Shown here piece by piece: positions 47,561 to 59,753 of a stretch of 64,000 nucleotides of DNA. How positions within the stretch are numbered: the stretch's first letter is position 1; each line of letters opens with the position of its first letter. Position numbers and translations under genes: made by a program. The notes below the pieces were generated by a model. That model was given only the letters and a program-made list of their open reading frames with translations, was not told the DNA's origin and ran no database searches. Source of the DNA: Selaginella moellendorffii (lineage: Eukaryota; Plantae; Lycopodiophyta); contig NW_003314368.1 of NCBI RefSeq assembly GCF_000143415.4, positions 144,792 through 208,791 on the forward strand, given 5' to 3'.

Positions 47561-49218
47561 ATGCAGGTCGGTTTCAGGGTTGGAGTGGAATGCTTGATAC
47601 GAAATCCGCAGCTAGGAGCTCAGATTTTTCCCCGGCAGGGCCTTAAGGTAGAGATTTTGATGGAATTTACGCGTGGATTTGGAAATTCTCATTCCTGTGA
47701 GGCAGGAACGAAGAACCAGAGTAATTTGCAGCGTTTCTTCTGGAACTGGAAGCGATTTTGCTGAATATAAGTCGAATGAGGTGTGGTGGAGAGGATTTTT
47801 TTTGGATTTCTCCGTGCACTACTAGTTTTCTTTCAGGAGGAAGAAGCGTCGGTGAGGCAGAGATTGGAGAATTTCCGAGACGCGTTTTGGAGGTTCTTGC
47901 GTCCTCACACTGTTCGTGGAACCATCATTGGAAGCACGTAAGCTTTATCTTCTCTAGTTTTTGCTCGTGACACTTCAAAACTTTTTTAGATCTTTGGTAG
48001 CAAGAGCTCTTTTGGAGAATGCTGATTGTATCAATTGGTTCCTCGTTCCAAAGGCTCTCAGGGGTCTTCTAGCACTCATCTGTGGAAACGGCTACATTGT
48101 GGGAATCAACCAGATCTACGACGTTGGCATTGACAAGTAAGCTTTCTCCTCGACGATAAGAACGAAAGAAAACTTACAGAATTCTCTGCTTTCTAGAGTG
48201 AACAAGCCTTTCCTGCCTATAGCAGCGGGAGATCTCTCCGTGTCCACTGCGTGGACTCTGGTACTGTCTCTCGCTGTGCTCGGCACTGGAATAGTTGCTA
48301 CAAACTTTGGCCGGCTCATCACGTCGCTCTACGTCCTTGGCTTGGTTCTGGGAGCCATGTACTCGGTGCCTCCATTGAGGCTCAAGAGATTCGCCGTTCC
48401 AGCCTTTCTGATAATTGCTACGGTAAGAACTTATTTGTTTTACACACCAGAAGTTTCTAAGTTCCTCGTCCCAGGTTCGTGGATTTCTCTTGAATTTTGG
48501 TGTATACTATGCAACGAGAGCTTCTCTCGGCCTTCCTTTTGTTTGGAGGTATACAGCTTTGGATCTGGTTTTAACATAATTCGTGTTCCTTGTGGTACAG
48601 TCCCCATGTCATCTTTATCACGGCCTTTGTGACTTTGTTCGCGACTGTGATAGCAATCACCAAGGATCTTCCTGACGTTGAGGGTGATCTGAAGTAAGCT
48701 CCTAACACTCAGCCCCAGATAAGTGTTCGTTTTACTCTAGTTTCTCATTGGATTCTTCGTTTGTACAGGTTCAAGATCTCTACCTTTGCAACAAAGCTCG
48801 GCGTACGCAATATATCCTTGCTGGGAGCAGGACTTCTGCTAACAAATTACATTGGTGCAGTTGTTGCTGCTTTTCGTTTTCCACAGGTAGTGCTGAAGAA
48901 ACTTTCCAAGGTTTCCTGATTCTTTATCGCAGGTTTTTAATACGGGTCCTATGGCTATCACTCACGGGATACTGGGAGTTTGTTTGCTCTACCAGGTTCG
49001 AACTTTTCTTTGTAAAACTTGACAAACAAACTAAAATGTTTCTCTTCTCGCAGCTATGGCTGCTGGAGTCTGCCAAATACTCGAAGGTAAGTCAGTTACT
49101 TCCAGACAAAACTTTCACTGGCTTTTTAAACCTTTGATCGCAGGAAGCCATCTCTACATTCTATAGATTCATCTGGAATCTATTCTACGCAGAGTATTTA
49201 GTCTTCCCAGCCATCTAG
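47561..49218 (+). CDS. HST: Homogentisate solanesyltransferase (UbiA family), multi-exon
   Basis: [65 protein letters not shown]. Confidence 0.93.
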
Positions 49219-49221
49219 AGC

Positions 49222-52200
49222 TTACTCTTCATACCACCTGCTGAGATTTTTAGCGCCTTCACCTGTGCCGACATTGCTAAAGTATTTTTTCCGATACTCA
49301 CTCACCAGCCTGTCGAGTTTGTCTTCCTCTTCATTCCCTTCGTTTTTTCCCCTTCGTCTCTTCTTCTCATCCGGTGCAGCCAGAGTCTCCCTGTGCATTC
49401 CTTCACCTTGTTTAAATCCCTTCTTGCCATGTGGTTTCGCTGGAGTTTGAGCGTTGTCCATCTTCCTCTTTTTGCCCTGCGCTTTTCCTTGCTTGCCCGC
49501 CCCTCCCTGTGGCTTCTCTTGTTCGCCTCCCCCATTTTGAGCCTTGTCCCTCTTTTTTCCCAGTGGTTTTTCTTGGTTGCCTTGTCCTTGATTACTGTCA
49601 CCATTTTGAGCTTTATCGTTCTTCCCCTTTCTCTTCTTTCTTTTCGACTTCCGTCCATCAGCTTCCACTCCATCATCGTTCGGTTGCCTTTTACGTTTTC
49701 CTCCGGGGCTTCCATTACCAGTATCGTCGACTCTTTTGCTTGTTGGTCCCTTTGAGTTTGGTCGTAACTTCTGTGCAGCTAGCCGACTCTCCCTTTTCTT
49801 CATCCTCGCTACATTCTCAATCGCAAACTCTACGATTGGTCGTTTCTCCGAACCGAAAGTTTCTGCGTATACACAAACGGCCGAGAAGAACTTGAACCAG
49901 ATAGATTAAAAACAAGGAGTACCTGGATTGTTATTCAAAACTCGCAACCCGACGATCGCGTGTTGGTGCTCAGCAAACTCTACAAAGCCTGTTCCTCGGG
50001 AGTTTTCCTTATCGTCAGTTAAAAGTTTCACCTGCCAAGAGACTCGTCGACGTTAGAAAGGAAAGTTTTCGAGAAGTAGAAACTGCACACCTGTTTGATC
50101 ACAGGACGCTGCTTTGTCGCCCGCGAAACAACTGCATTTATAAACAGCTGCTTCACGTCCTTCTCGCTCAAAGTTCTTGGAAAGTTATGTATCGCGAGCC
50201 TGGTTTTCGAGACATGAAAATTCGGACTCCTCAGTTTTGTTGCCTTCTCTGTTTGAAGCCTGTCCAAGGATCGATCAACAAACAAAAGCAAACAAGAAAA
50301 TAAAGGGAGAACGAAAGAAAGAACATACGCTGAACGCTTGAGTAAGTCGGATTTTGAAACACCATGCGCGGCTTCTGTTCCTGGTTCTATATATCCTTCC
50401 TGGAAGTTTAATGAAGTTAATCGTGGACAACGCTACGATCATCACGTACCTTGAGCAAGTGGAGGTTTCGTTTATCATGATCTCTTTCCTCGATGGATTT
50501 CTTCGTGGAGATTTCCCGGGCAGCGCCCCGATCGACAGCAAAATGAGCGATAGGATACTTTCCAGCAACCGAGAAACTAGAGTTCCCTTCTTCGGCGTTC
50601 TTTGTGGCTCTGGCTAGCGCTTCGGCGGCTTCTCGAGTAGCAAACTCTACAAATGCTGTTCCTTTTGGTTTTCTGGAATGGCAACCATTGAGAAAACAAC
50701 AGGTAAAATAGAGTAAAAGGAAGAGAAAATACTTACTTTGTTGCGGGATGAAGCACGAGACGTAACGAGGTCACGTCTCCAAATTCCGAAAACTTTTTTT
50801 TCAAGTCGTGTACTTTCGCATCCGGTGGAAGGTTGCGAACGAAGAGTGTTCTCTCCATGGAGTTTTCTTCCGGTGGCTTCGCAGCTAGAGGCTTTTTCAC
50901 CTCTCGGGAGGCCGCCATGGGACTCTTTCGGTCCTCGTCACCGTCCTTTGCTTTGCCTGGCTCTGTCACAACTTTGCTTAACACTTTACTCACCAAGTTC
51001 TTCTCGTCTAAAGGTTTCTCCTCCTCTTCGTCATCTTCCTCGTCGTCTTCTTCATCCTCCTCGTCTTCTTCTTCGTCACTCACAATTCCATCCGATTCAC
51101 TCGCTGTTTCATTATCAAGGTCGCTGTTCTCGGCTTTCTCTTCTTCTGCGAGCAGCCAGAAAGGAGATCAGCGTTTGGACTTGCTGGGAAAGTGAAAGAG
51201 TAAATATTCACCTGACTTGTGGACAATGTTCTCATAAGTCATTTTCGCCACAGCCCAGTCAACAGCTATAGTTCTGTTTGCAATCTTCGTGCCGTTCAAA
51301 GCCTTGATGGCCTGAAAAATATGGTGAGCTAAAACTGAATATCGATTTGCTGGCGAGAAGGAACCTTTTCGGCGTCATTTTTGCAAGTGTAGCCTATGAA
51401 CGCAAAGCCTTTCGATCTAAAACACTGAACACAATTACTACTTGCAAAAGGGAGGATTTTTCGTTTACTCACCGACCATCCGGATTCCGGGGTACTGTGG
51501 TCTCCCAGACAAAGCCAGCAGCTGAAAATTTTTCTTTCAACATTGCATCCGTCACCTGGTTAGAAAACTCGACGATAAGAAAATGTCGCTAAAAAACTAA
51601 CGTTCTACCTTGAAAGGCAAGTTGCGAACAATGAGCCTCCACTTTTTGAGTTTTGAGCCCTGCGCGGATGCAAAACCACAAGCTTACGAAAAGTTGTTTA
51701 AGACAATTGTCTACCTCTCCTCCCAATTGCCTGGCCCAAAACACTTCATTGCCGAGTTTTTGGAGATGGTAAGTTGCAACGGCCTGCCGAGCCGCCGTCA
51801 CTGATGTAAAAACTATAGCTGCAGCAGGAAGCTTGCAGCCATCCCGTGAAAGTCCTGATATAAAAGAAGTTGAAACTTTGGAAGACACGAAAAGATGATG
51901 ACAGTAAAATTACCATGCTGGTTGATATACGCTTCCGAGAGATTTTTCTCGACACTTTCGACAGTTCCCAGCTTCTTGGCAAGAGTTAAGACTGCTTCCG
52001 CTGTTTCCGAGTCTCCCAAGTTACCGATCACTACTGTCCTTGCAGGTCTGCAAAGACAACAAAAGCCTCATAGAATGTTAGAACTTTGAAAGGAAGAAGG
52101 AAAACGAGAACCTTTGTTTTTCGGACGCTGCATTCTGAGAAGAGTCAGCAGTCTCTTGGAATTGAGAAGTCCTTTTCTTTTTGGCTTTCGCATGACTTTT

Positions 52201-52856
52201 TGCGGTGGCCTGCTTTGGCTTTTCTTCTTCGTTGATGACAGCAGGAGTTTCGGGTTCTTTCTCACCACCATTTTGCACTGTGTTATTTGCAGCCTCGGCC
52301 GCGTTCTCCTGGCCAGCCGCTTCCGTGGTTCCACCCTGCCTTTTCTTCCTGCGTTCGTTAAGCGATGGACGCTTCCTTGCAACCTCGACTTTGATTCTAC
52401 GACCCTCCATGGAACTATCATTCTTCGAAGCCACAGCACGCTGGGCATCCTCAGCAATCGCACTACATTTTTGCGAAACAGTCAAGGAAATCGAAGAGAA
52501 AACATAGCACTTACAATTGCACGAATCCAAATCCCCGGTGCTTGTCCGTTGCTTCATCCAGAAAACAAGAAAATCAAACAAGTCAGCAATGCGGGAGGAC
52601 GAGAGCGAGCGAGCGAGCAGCACGAAAAGAAGAAAACAAAGAAATACATACCTTTATCTTTCACTGTGAAAGCGCGACGAACGGGACCAATATCACTGAA
52701 TGCCTCTTCCAGCTGCCAAAAGAGAGAATGAGACGATCATACAAAGACGAGGCGCCGAAATACCTGCGCATCGGAGAGCGTAAGCGGCAATCCTCTGACG
52801 AAGACTGTTCGCGCATCGATCTCGTTTTCTCGCTTCGCCTCTTTCTCGTCTCCCAT
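49222..52856 (-). CDS. Nucleolar multi-RRM protein RBM28/NOP4
   Basis: RTVFVRGLP, WRLIVRNLPF, RTIAVDWAV, RTLFVRNLP, KLRSPNFHVSKTRLAIHNFP, LRVLNNNP, basic C-tail. Confidence 0.9.
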
Positions 52857-52922
52857 TGAGGCTCGCGAAATTAGGGTTCTTCGAAGAGGGGTTTTAGCAT
52901 TTAGGGTTCTTGGCTCTAGATC

Positions 52923-54216
52923 ATGGAAATGCGAGAGAAATGGACTGGAGAGCTCACTGTGGAGCAATGCTGTAGCCGCGCTGCTGCTACGCGCGCCTAT
53001 GCCCGCTATCCGCTCAAGCTCGTGCTTCCATCCAAGGTAAGCTGGATCCAAAACTTCGCGAATTTGCGGTAAGAGTGGAAATTTTCCATTTCCAGGTCGC
53101 TTGCTCGGGGATCGATGCAGTCTGGGTGTATTTAGTGACTTATGGCGGTGGAATCGTGTCCGTGAGTGTTGATTCTCGTCCTTTTTTTTCCTTCTTGATT
53201 CTTTTTTTCTCACAGGGAGACTCGATCAGCTGTAAAGTTTCTGTGGGAGATCATTGTACTCTTGTTCTTACGACTCAATCTTCGACCAAGGTACCTACAT
53301 TTCTGTGCTACGAATTTTTCTTCCTTGTTGAAAGCTTTCTTTCGTTGTGTATGTTTTTTGGTGAAGATTTACAAGGCAGTCCAAGGCAAATTCTCCGAGC
53401 AAGTTTTCAAGGTACCAGTGTCATTTCTTCTTCCACATTTCTAGCTAAGATCTTTTTCTTCTTGGTTTTGTCAAGGCTCTCGTAGCGAAGGATGCTCTTC
53501 TCGTGATGATGCCGGATCCCGTCACATGTTTTGCAGCCGCGAAGTACAAACAGATCCAGCACTTCTTTTTATCGCTCGATGCCAACCTCGTTCTTGTGGA
53601 CTGGTTTACAAGCGGGCGAAGAGAACGCTGTGAGGTTTGGGCGTTTGAGTCCTTCAGAAGCACCAACAATGTTTACCTGGATGGCAATCCCGTCTTCCTG
53701 GACACCGTAAGCTTTCCTCCTTGTTTCATTCTTCCCTAACTTTCTCGTTTTCTGTTGCAGATGAACTTAGAGCAGGACGTAAGTTTGCCAATATCGTCGA
53801 GGCTGCAAGACTTTCACTCGGTTGCGATGCTCGTGATTTACGGGTAAGTTTCTTTTGTTACTTCCGTTTCTCTATATTTTCCTCACACTCTTGGCCTAAC
53901 AGTCCTCGCTTATCTTCGATCCGGAAGCGCATTGAAGAGAGAGTTGGAAGTCAATGTGAGGAGGCTGTAAGAAAGAAGAAGCACAGATCATCAACGCATG
54001 GAAGATTGTTGTGTTCGTTCAGTTCGTTTGGACCATCCGTAAGTAAATATCTGTTTCAGCTTGCGGGAGGAAAAATAATTGTGACATTGTTTGCAGGACG
54101 CTGGCCTCGTAGTTCGTGTTGCAGCAGTCGAAACAGAACTGATATATGACTTTCTCAAGCAGGAACTGGCCGAGCTGTCGGACTTAATAGGTGCTCCTCC
54201 ATACTATGGCAAATAG
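52923..54216 (+). CDS. UreD: Urease accessory protein D, multi-exon
   Basis: YARYPLKL, DAVWVYLVTYGGGIVSGD, LTTQSSTKIYK, PDPVTCFAAAKYKQ, LVDWFTSGR. Confidence 0.93.
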
Positions 54217-54949
54217 TCCACACAAACGCACGTTACGAAGCAGGAGAGAGCATCGCAGCCGTTAGACAGCTGCATCCTACGGTAGTCCTTTGCAGCCGTT
54301 AGAGTCATTGCTTGGGATCTCTTCTTCTCTTTATGGCCAAGAAGAAATGGGAAGACAACGACTTTGATCCACATTGTCCAACACTTCTCCAACAGGTGCG
54401 TTTTTAATCCTCGCGCGTCTTCATCTTTTTCCTCCTCTTTTGTTTTGCAGGTCCTCACGTACAAGTCAAAAACACGTCGCCTCTTTTCTCCGTGGACGAC
54501 TTCGTCGGACTCCTCGGCTTCGATCGAGAGCTACGGGTCCACCGAATCGCGGGGCTCGTCCGACAGCCGTCTAGACGATCTCATCAACGCTGCCAATATC
54601 TCCTCGTCATCCTCTTCCGAAGTCTCGGCCATTCTAAAGTCACTCGCAAACTCCGACGACGAAGAAGACCTATCCATTATTAAAGCACCACCAAAAGCAC
54701 TCACGCTGACGAGATTGGCCTCTTCAAGTCCAGACGTACGTATGCACCGATGCTTCTCATTATTTTTTCTAAACTCCACCTCTTTTTCTTCCTTTCTTGC
54801 CTCACAGAAAGAAAAGGTGGAAGACAACAAAGCACAAATCATATCCACGACTCCTCCTGTTGGTAGTCAGTCACCGTTGTAAAGGGACCCCACTCTACAT
54901 AGTAGCCTTGGACTGCATAACTCGAGCACAGCTCCTCCACTCCACTAGA

Positions 54950-55582
54950 ATGGCCTCGTCTTTCCAGGTTCTTCTCATCTTCTTTGCTCTTACAGTCACT
55001 CTCTCCAATTCAGCTGATCCAGATCCACTCCAAGACTACTGCCTTCCTACTCAAGCGCAGCAGCACCAGTGCAAGAGCTCGCCTTCACCCAGTGACTTCG
55101 TCTCCAGAGTCCTGGGAAACGCCCCCAATTCCCAGCCACCGCAGACCTGGAACGCCTCTCTACTGTCCTCGGCAAACTTCCCAGCTCTCAACACCATGGG
55201 CCTCTCCATCGTCAGAGCTCGCCTGGGAGTCGGAGGCACGGTCCCGCTGCACTACCACCCCCGAGCATCCGAGCTCATCTACATCGCGGAAGGAGAGGTG
55301 GAGGCCGGGTTTGTCGACTCGAACAACGTCCTGTTCGCGCAGACCCTCCAGCCGGGAGACGTGATGATCCTTCCCAAAGGCATGCTCCACTACCAATACA
55401 ATTCTGGCAGCAGCAGAGCCACGGTGCTGGCCTCGTTGGATAGCCAGAGCCCCGGAATCGTCCTCCCTGGCCCCGGTGTGTTTGGCTCTGGGATTCGAGA
55501 CGAAGTTATCGCGTCGTCCCTCGGGGGACTGGACCACGCCACGCTTGAAGCGGTGAAAGCTAAGTTCAAGCCTCGGTCGTGA
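54950..55582 (+). CDS. Germin-like protein (cupin), copy 1
   Basis: Signal peptide, ADPDPLQDYC, FPALNTMG, PLHYHPRASE, PKGMLHYQYN. Confidence 0.92.
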   Translation: MASSFQVLLIFFALTVTLSNSADPDPLQDYCLPTQAQQHQCKSSPSPSDFVSRVLGNAPNSQPPQTWNASLLSSANFPALNTMGLSIVRARLGVGGTVPLHYHPRASELIYIAEGEVEAGFVDSNNVLFAQTLQPGDVMILPKGMLHYQYNSGSSRATVLASLDSQSPGIVLPGPGVFGSGIRDEVIASSLGGLDHATLEAVKAKFKPRS

Positions 55583-55789
55583 TAGAGTCTGTTTGTGATT
55601 GATTCGAATAAGCAATCAAAATTGACTACAAAATTGTCGTTTTTCATATACTACGCATTTTCATTAGAACCCTAAATCAGATTGTAGCCGTCCAATTTTA
55701 GCGTCTTAACGTGGATCAAACATTCTCGGATTCCACATGCTGCAATGTGGAACCAGCAATCCCGAGAATAATATCGCCGCGCTCTCAAA

Positions 55790-55960
55790 AATGGGGACGC
55801 TCAAGCTCGTAAGCTCGTCGGAACGAATATGGCGGTGGAATCCCGTGAATGGTCGACAAAGGTACCTACATTTCTCTGCGTACTTTTCGACCAGGATCTG
55901 GCCGAGCTCTCGGATTTGATTGGCGCTATACTATGGAGCAAATAGTCCACACGAACGCGA
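55790..55960 (+). pseudogene. Collapsed relic of a duplicated UreD gene
   Basis: Four ordered patches matching ~53013, ~53141, ~53282 and 54160-54230. Confidence 0.8.
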
Positions 55961-56623
55961 GCCCAGCGCGATTCGATGGAACCGTAGCAGGAGTCTGACG
56001 AAGTCGTCCATGAGGAAAAGAGCCAATGAGTTTTTGACTATACGGAAGGATCTAGAGAGGAGGAAAAAGAAGGAACTTAAAGTCGAAAGTGATCACCAGG
56101 TTACCACGGCACTCTGAGCAGCATTGTGATTTGTTAGATTCTTGAGCCGCTGCTCTCCAATGTCCCGCGAGACGATATGATACTCCGCTCTCCACCCACA
56201 AGTTTGTGCTGGCTCACAAAAAGGGCCGTCAAGGCCTAGGTTCGACAGAGTTTGTTCGTCAAGCCACTCTGGGGATTTGGATTTTCGTGCCGTTCTAAGT
56301 GCCAAGTGCGGGAACGAAACAACACGAACGAAGAAGTAACGGTACGATTGATGTTCTCTCATGGACGAACTAATTTTGTAGTGATTGAATCATTTTATTT
56401 TGGTGCCAAAGTACATTACTTCTCGTCATCCTCTTCCGAGGCCTCGGTCATTCTAAAGTCGCTCATGGTGACGAGATTGACTTCTTCGTACGCACCTATT
56501 CTTCCCATTTTTCTTCTTTTTTCGTCCCTCGCAGCAAGAAAAGGTGGATGCACAAATCATATCCTCGACTTAACCTCGGACTTCAAAACTCGACCGCCAT
56601 CACTCGAGTTCCTCTGCTCCAGA

Positions 56624-57241
56624 ATGGCCTCTTCCCTCCAGGTTCTTCTCGTCTTCTTTTCTGTCCTCGCCGATTCAACTGATCCAGGTTCACTCCAAGA
56701 CTACTGCCTTCCTACTCAAGAGCAGCAGCACCAGTGCAAGAGCTCGCCATCACCCAGTGACTTCGTCTCCAAAGTCCTGGGAAACACCACCAATACCCGG
56801 CCTCCACAGACCTGGAATGCCACTCTGCTTTCCTCGGCAAACTTCCCAGCTCTCAACACCATGGACCTCACCATCGCCAGAGCCGAACTGGGAGTCGGAG
56901 GCACGGTCCCGCTGCACTACCACCCCCGAGCATCCGAGCTCGTCTTCATCGCGGAAGGAGTCGTGGAGGTCGGGTTTGTCGACACGAGCAACGTCTTGTT
57001 CATCCAGACCCTCCAGCTGGGGGACGTGACGATCGTTCCCAAAGGCATGCTCCACTACGAATACAATCCTGGCAGCAGCAGAGCCACCTTGCTGGCCTAT
57101 AGCCAGAGTCCCGGTATCCTCGCCCCTGGCCACGGTGTCTTTGGCTCTGGAATTCGAGACGAAGTTATCGCGGCCTCCCTCGGCGGACTGGACCACGCCA
57201 CGCTTGAAGCGGTGAAAGCCAAGTTCAAGCCTCGGTTGTGA
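56624..57241 (+). CDS. Germin-like protein, copy 2
   Basis: Paralog of 54950-55582; metal-binding H-H-E-H residues intact; small in-frame deletions. Confidence 0.88.
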   Translation: MASSLQVLLVFFSVLADSTDPGSLQDYCLPTQEQQHQCKSSPSPSDFVSKVLGNTTNTRPPQTWNATLLSSANFPALNTMDLTIARAELGVGGTVPLHYHPRASELVFIAEGVVEVGFVDTSNVLFIQTLQLGDVTIVPKGMLHYEYNPGSSRATLLAYSQSPGILAPGHGVFGSGIRDEVIAASLGGLDHATLEAVKAKFKPRL

Positions 57242-58241
57242 TAGAGTGATTGATTCGAATAAATCCTCGGCTGTTCAGTTGTTAACCATTAAAAGCGCGC
57301 CGCGATCTTGTGACTTGGAACATACAATGGCGTCAAAAGATGGATGCTGGATTGTATCCCCCTATGGAACTCCTTGCCAAGGCTCGCCTAAGAAATCCTC
57401 GCTCTCATGCCCGCATTCTCCCACCGCGGCTCCAGGAATCCACAATATATAGGGTTTTGGCCGACTTATGGGCTAGAGGGAGCAAACAAATGATCCAGAG
57501 GAGCTGTGCGAGGAAAAGCACGACTGCACAAGAAGGAGGAGCTTCTCCGCGAGGAGAAGCTCATCTTACTGAAGTACGAGGGTATCGCACTATCCACAAG
57601 GAGTTGCCTTTTACTTGCTGCTTAAACAACTCTCGCTCCCTTTTCTGTTGCTCTTGGTGTGTGATCGTAGTCGCAGTGATCCTGACTTCGATTAAAAATT
57701 TGAGCTCCAACTTGGACCTTGGATTAACTCTCTTGGATTAACTCTGGACGAAGTTGACACACAAGATGCAAAATGCCGCGCCTGGGCATCTTGGGGCGCC
57801 TTGGCCGGTGTTGGGCATTTGCATTGACGTCCTATCTCTTCGCCGGATAACCCGCTGGGGCTCGGAAAACAAATGTATTACATTTAATTAGTGTTCTAGA
57901 GAGTTGTGCAAATTGTGCATCTTCATGAGCGCTGTCTCTTTCCTTCTCTTTCTCCTCGGAAGTGGAACGGACTGATCTTCTGGCACGAAAAGAAAAACAA
58001 AAGAACGTGAGAGATCATATCTGGCACGGCATTGTGACTGCTAAGCTTACATGCGTTCTGGAGTGTGAGACGCCGGCGCCTGAGAGCTTTCGTCCTTTTT
58101 ATTGCTGTGTAAAAACAAGAAAACATGTTTTCGTTCTGGACGTGATCTTCAAAGTGAAGAGTGATTGTACCTTAACTCAGAATGACCGCATGAACATGGT
58201 TTCTCACCCTGGAGGCTCGCAAAAGAGAAGACAAAAGCAAC

Positions 58242-59448
58242 CCTCTTCGTCATCTTCCTCGTTGTCTTCTTCATCCTCCTCGTCTTCTTCTTCGTCACTC
58301 ACAATTCCATCCGATTCACTCGCTGTTTCATTATCAAGGTCGCTGTTCTCGGCTTTCTCTTCTTCTGCGAGCAGCCAGAAAGAAGGTCAGTGTTTGAAAT
58401 TGCTGGGAAAGTAAAAGAGTAAATATTCACCTGACTTGTGGACAATGTTTCATAATTCATTTTCATCTGAGCCTAATCAACAGCTATAGTTCTGTTTGCA
58501 AGACATTGCCCTTCTAATGCATAACAAGGTGCTATAAGTTGACTAACCATTCATCTGTTTTGCTGTAAAGAGGGTCACTAACCAATTTTCATGCCGTTCT
58601 TGATGGACTGAAAAATATGATGAGCTAAAACTGAATTTCATTTGTTGGTGAGAACGAACTTCTTCGGTGTCATTTTTGCATGTGTAGCCTATGAATTCAA
58701 AGCCTTTCGATCTAAAATACTGAACACAATTACTACTTGCAAAAGGGAAGATTTTTTCCGACCATCCGGATTACAGGGTGTGGTCTCCCAGACAAAGCCA
58801 GCAGCTGAAAATTTTTCTTTCAGCATTGCATCCGTCACCTGGTTAGAAAACTCGGCGATAAGAAAATGTCGCTAAGAACTAGCGTTCTACCTTGAAGGCA
58901 AGTTGCGAACAATGAGCCTCCACTTTTTGAGTTTTGAGCCCTGTGCAGATGCAAAACATCGCAAGCTTACAAAAAGTTGTTTAAGACAATTGTCTACCTC
59001 TCCTCCCAATTGCCTGGCCCAAAACACTTCATTGCCAAGATTTTGGAGATGGTAAGTTGCAATGGCCTGCCGAGCTGCCGTCACTGATGTAAAAACTATA
59101 GCTGCAGCAGGAAGATTGCAGCCATCCCACGAAAATCCTGATATAAAAGAAGTTGAAACTTTGGAAGACACGAACAGCAAAATTACCATGCTGGTTGATA
59201 TATGCTTCCGAGAGATTTTTCTCGACACTTTCAACAGTTCCCAGCTTCTTGGCAAGAGTTAAAACTGCTTCAGCTGTTTCTGAGTTACCGATCACTACTG
59301 TCCTTGCAGGTCTGGACAACAAAAGCCTCGTAGAATGTTAGAACTTTGAAAGGAAGAAGGAAAACAAGAATCTTTGTTTTTCGGAGGCTGAAGATTCAGC
59401 AGTCTCTTTGACTTGAGAAATCCTTTCCTTTTTGGCTTTCACATGACT
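58242..59448 (-). pseudogene. Partial duplicate of the RBM28/NOP4 gene (internal exons with introns)
   Basis: Colinear with ~51023-52198; small deletions, frameshifts and an ~83-bp insertion at ~58500-58582. Confidence 0.92.
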
Positions 59449-59753
59449 TGGCAAAAAGGGAGCCAAGTCAACAGGGCAAGACAGTTGACTAAAGAATATT
59501 CTGTTACAATATTCATTACTGTTTAAAGAATATTTTGAAGAATATTACCAATTTTTATTGCTTTTTCTGAATATGCTAAGAATATTATTTTGTAATAATT
59601 TAATATTCTGTCATTACAACTATATATTAAATCATGTAATTACTACAACTATACTTTATATTGTAACTATAAACTATTATATAATATCAGATATTATTAT
59701 AACTACAATAAATTATAACTCACATCTATACACAATCCATATATATAGAAGAA

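Noticed and set aside
54347-54882. Ser-rich spliced mini-gene between UreD and germin
   Set aside because: Splice-like sites exist, but the first exon has a stop and there is no homology support
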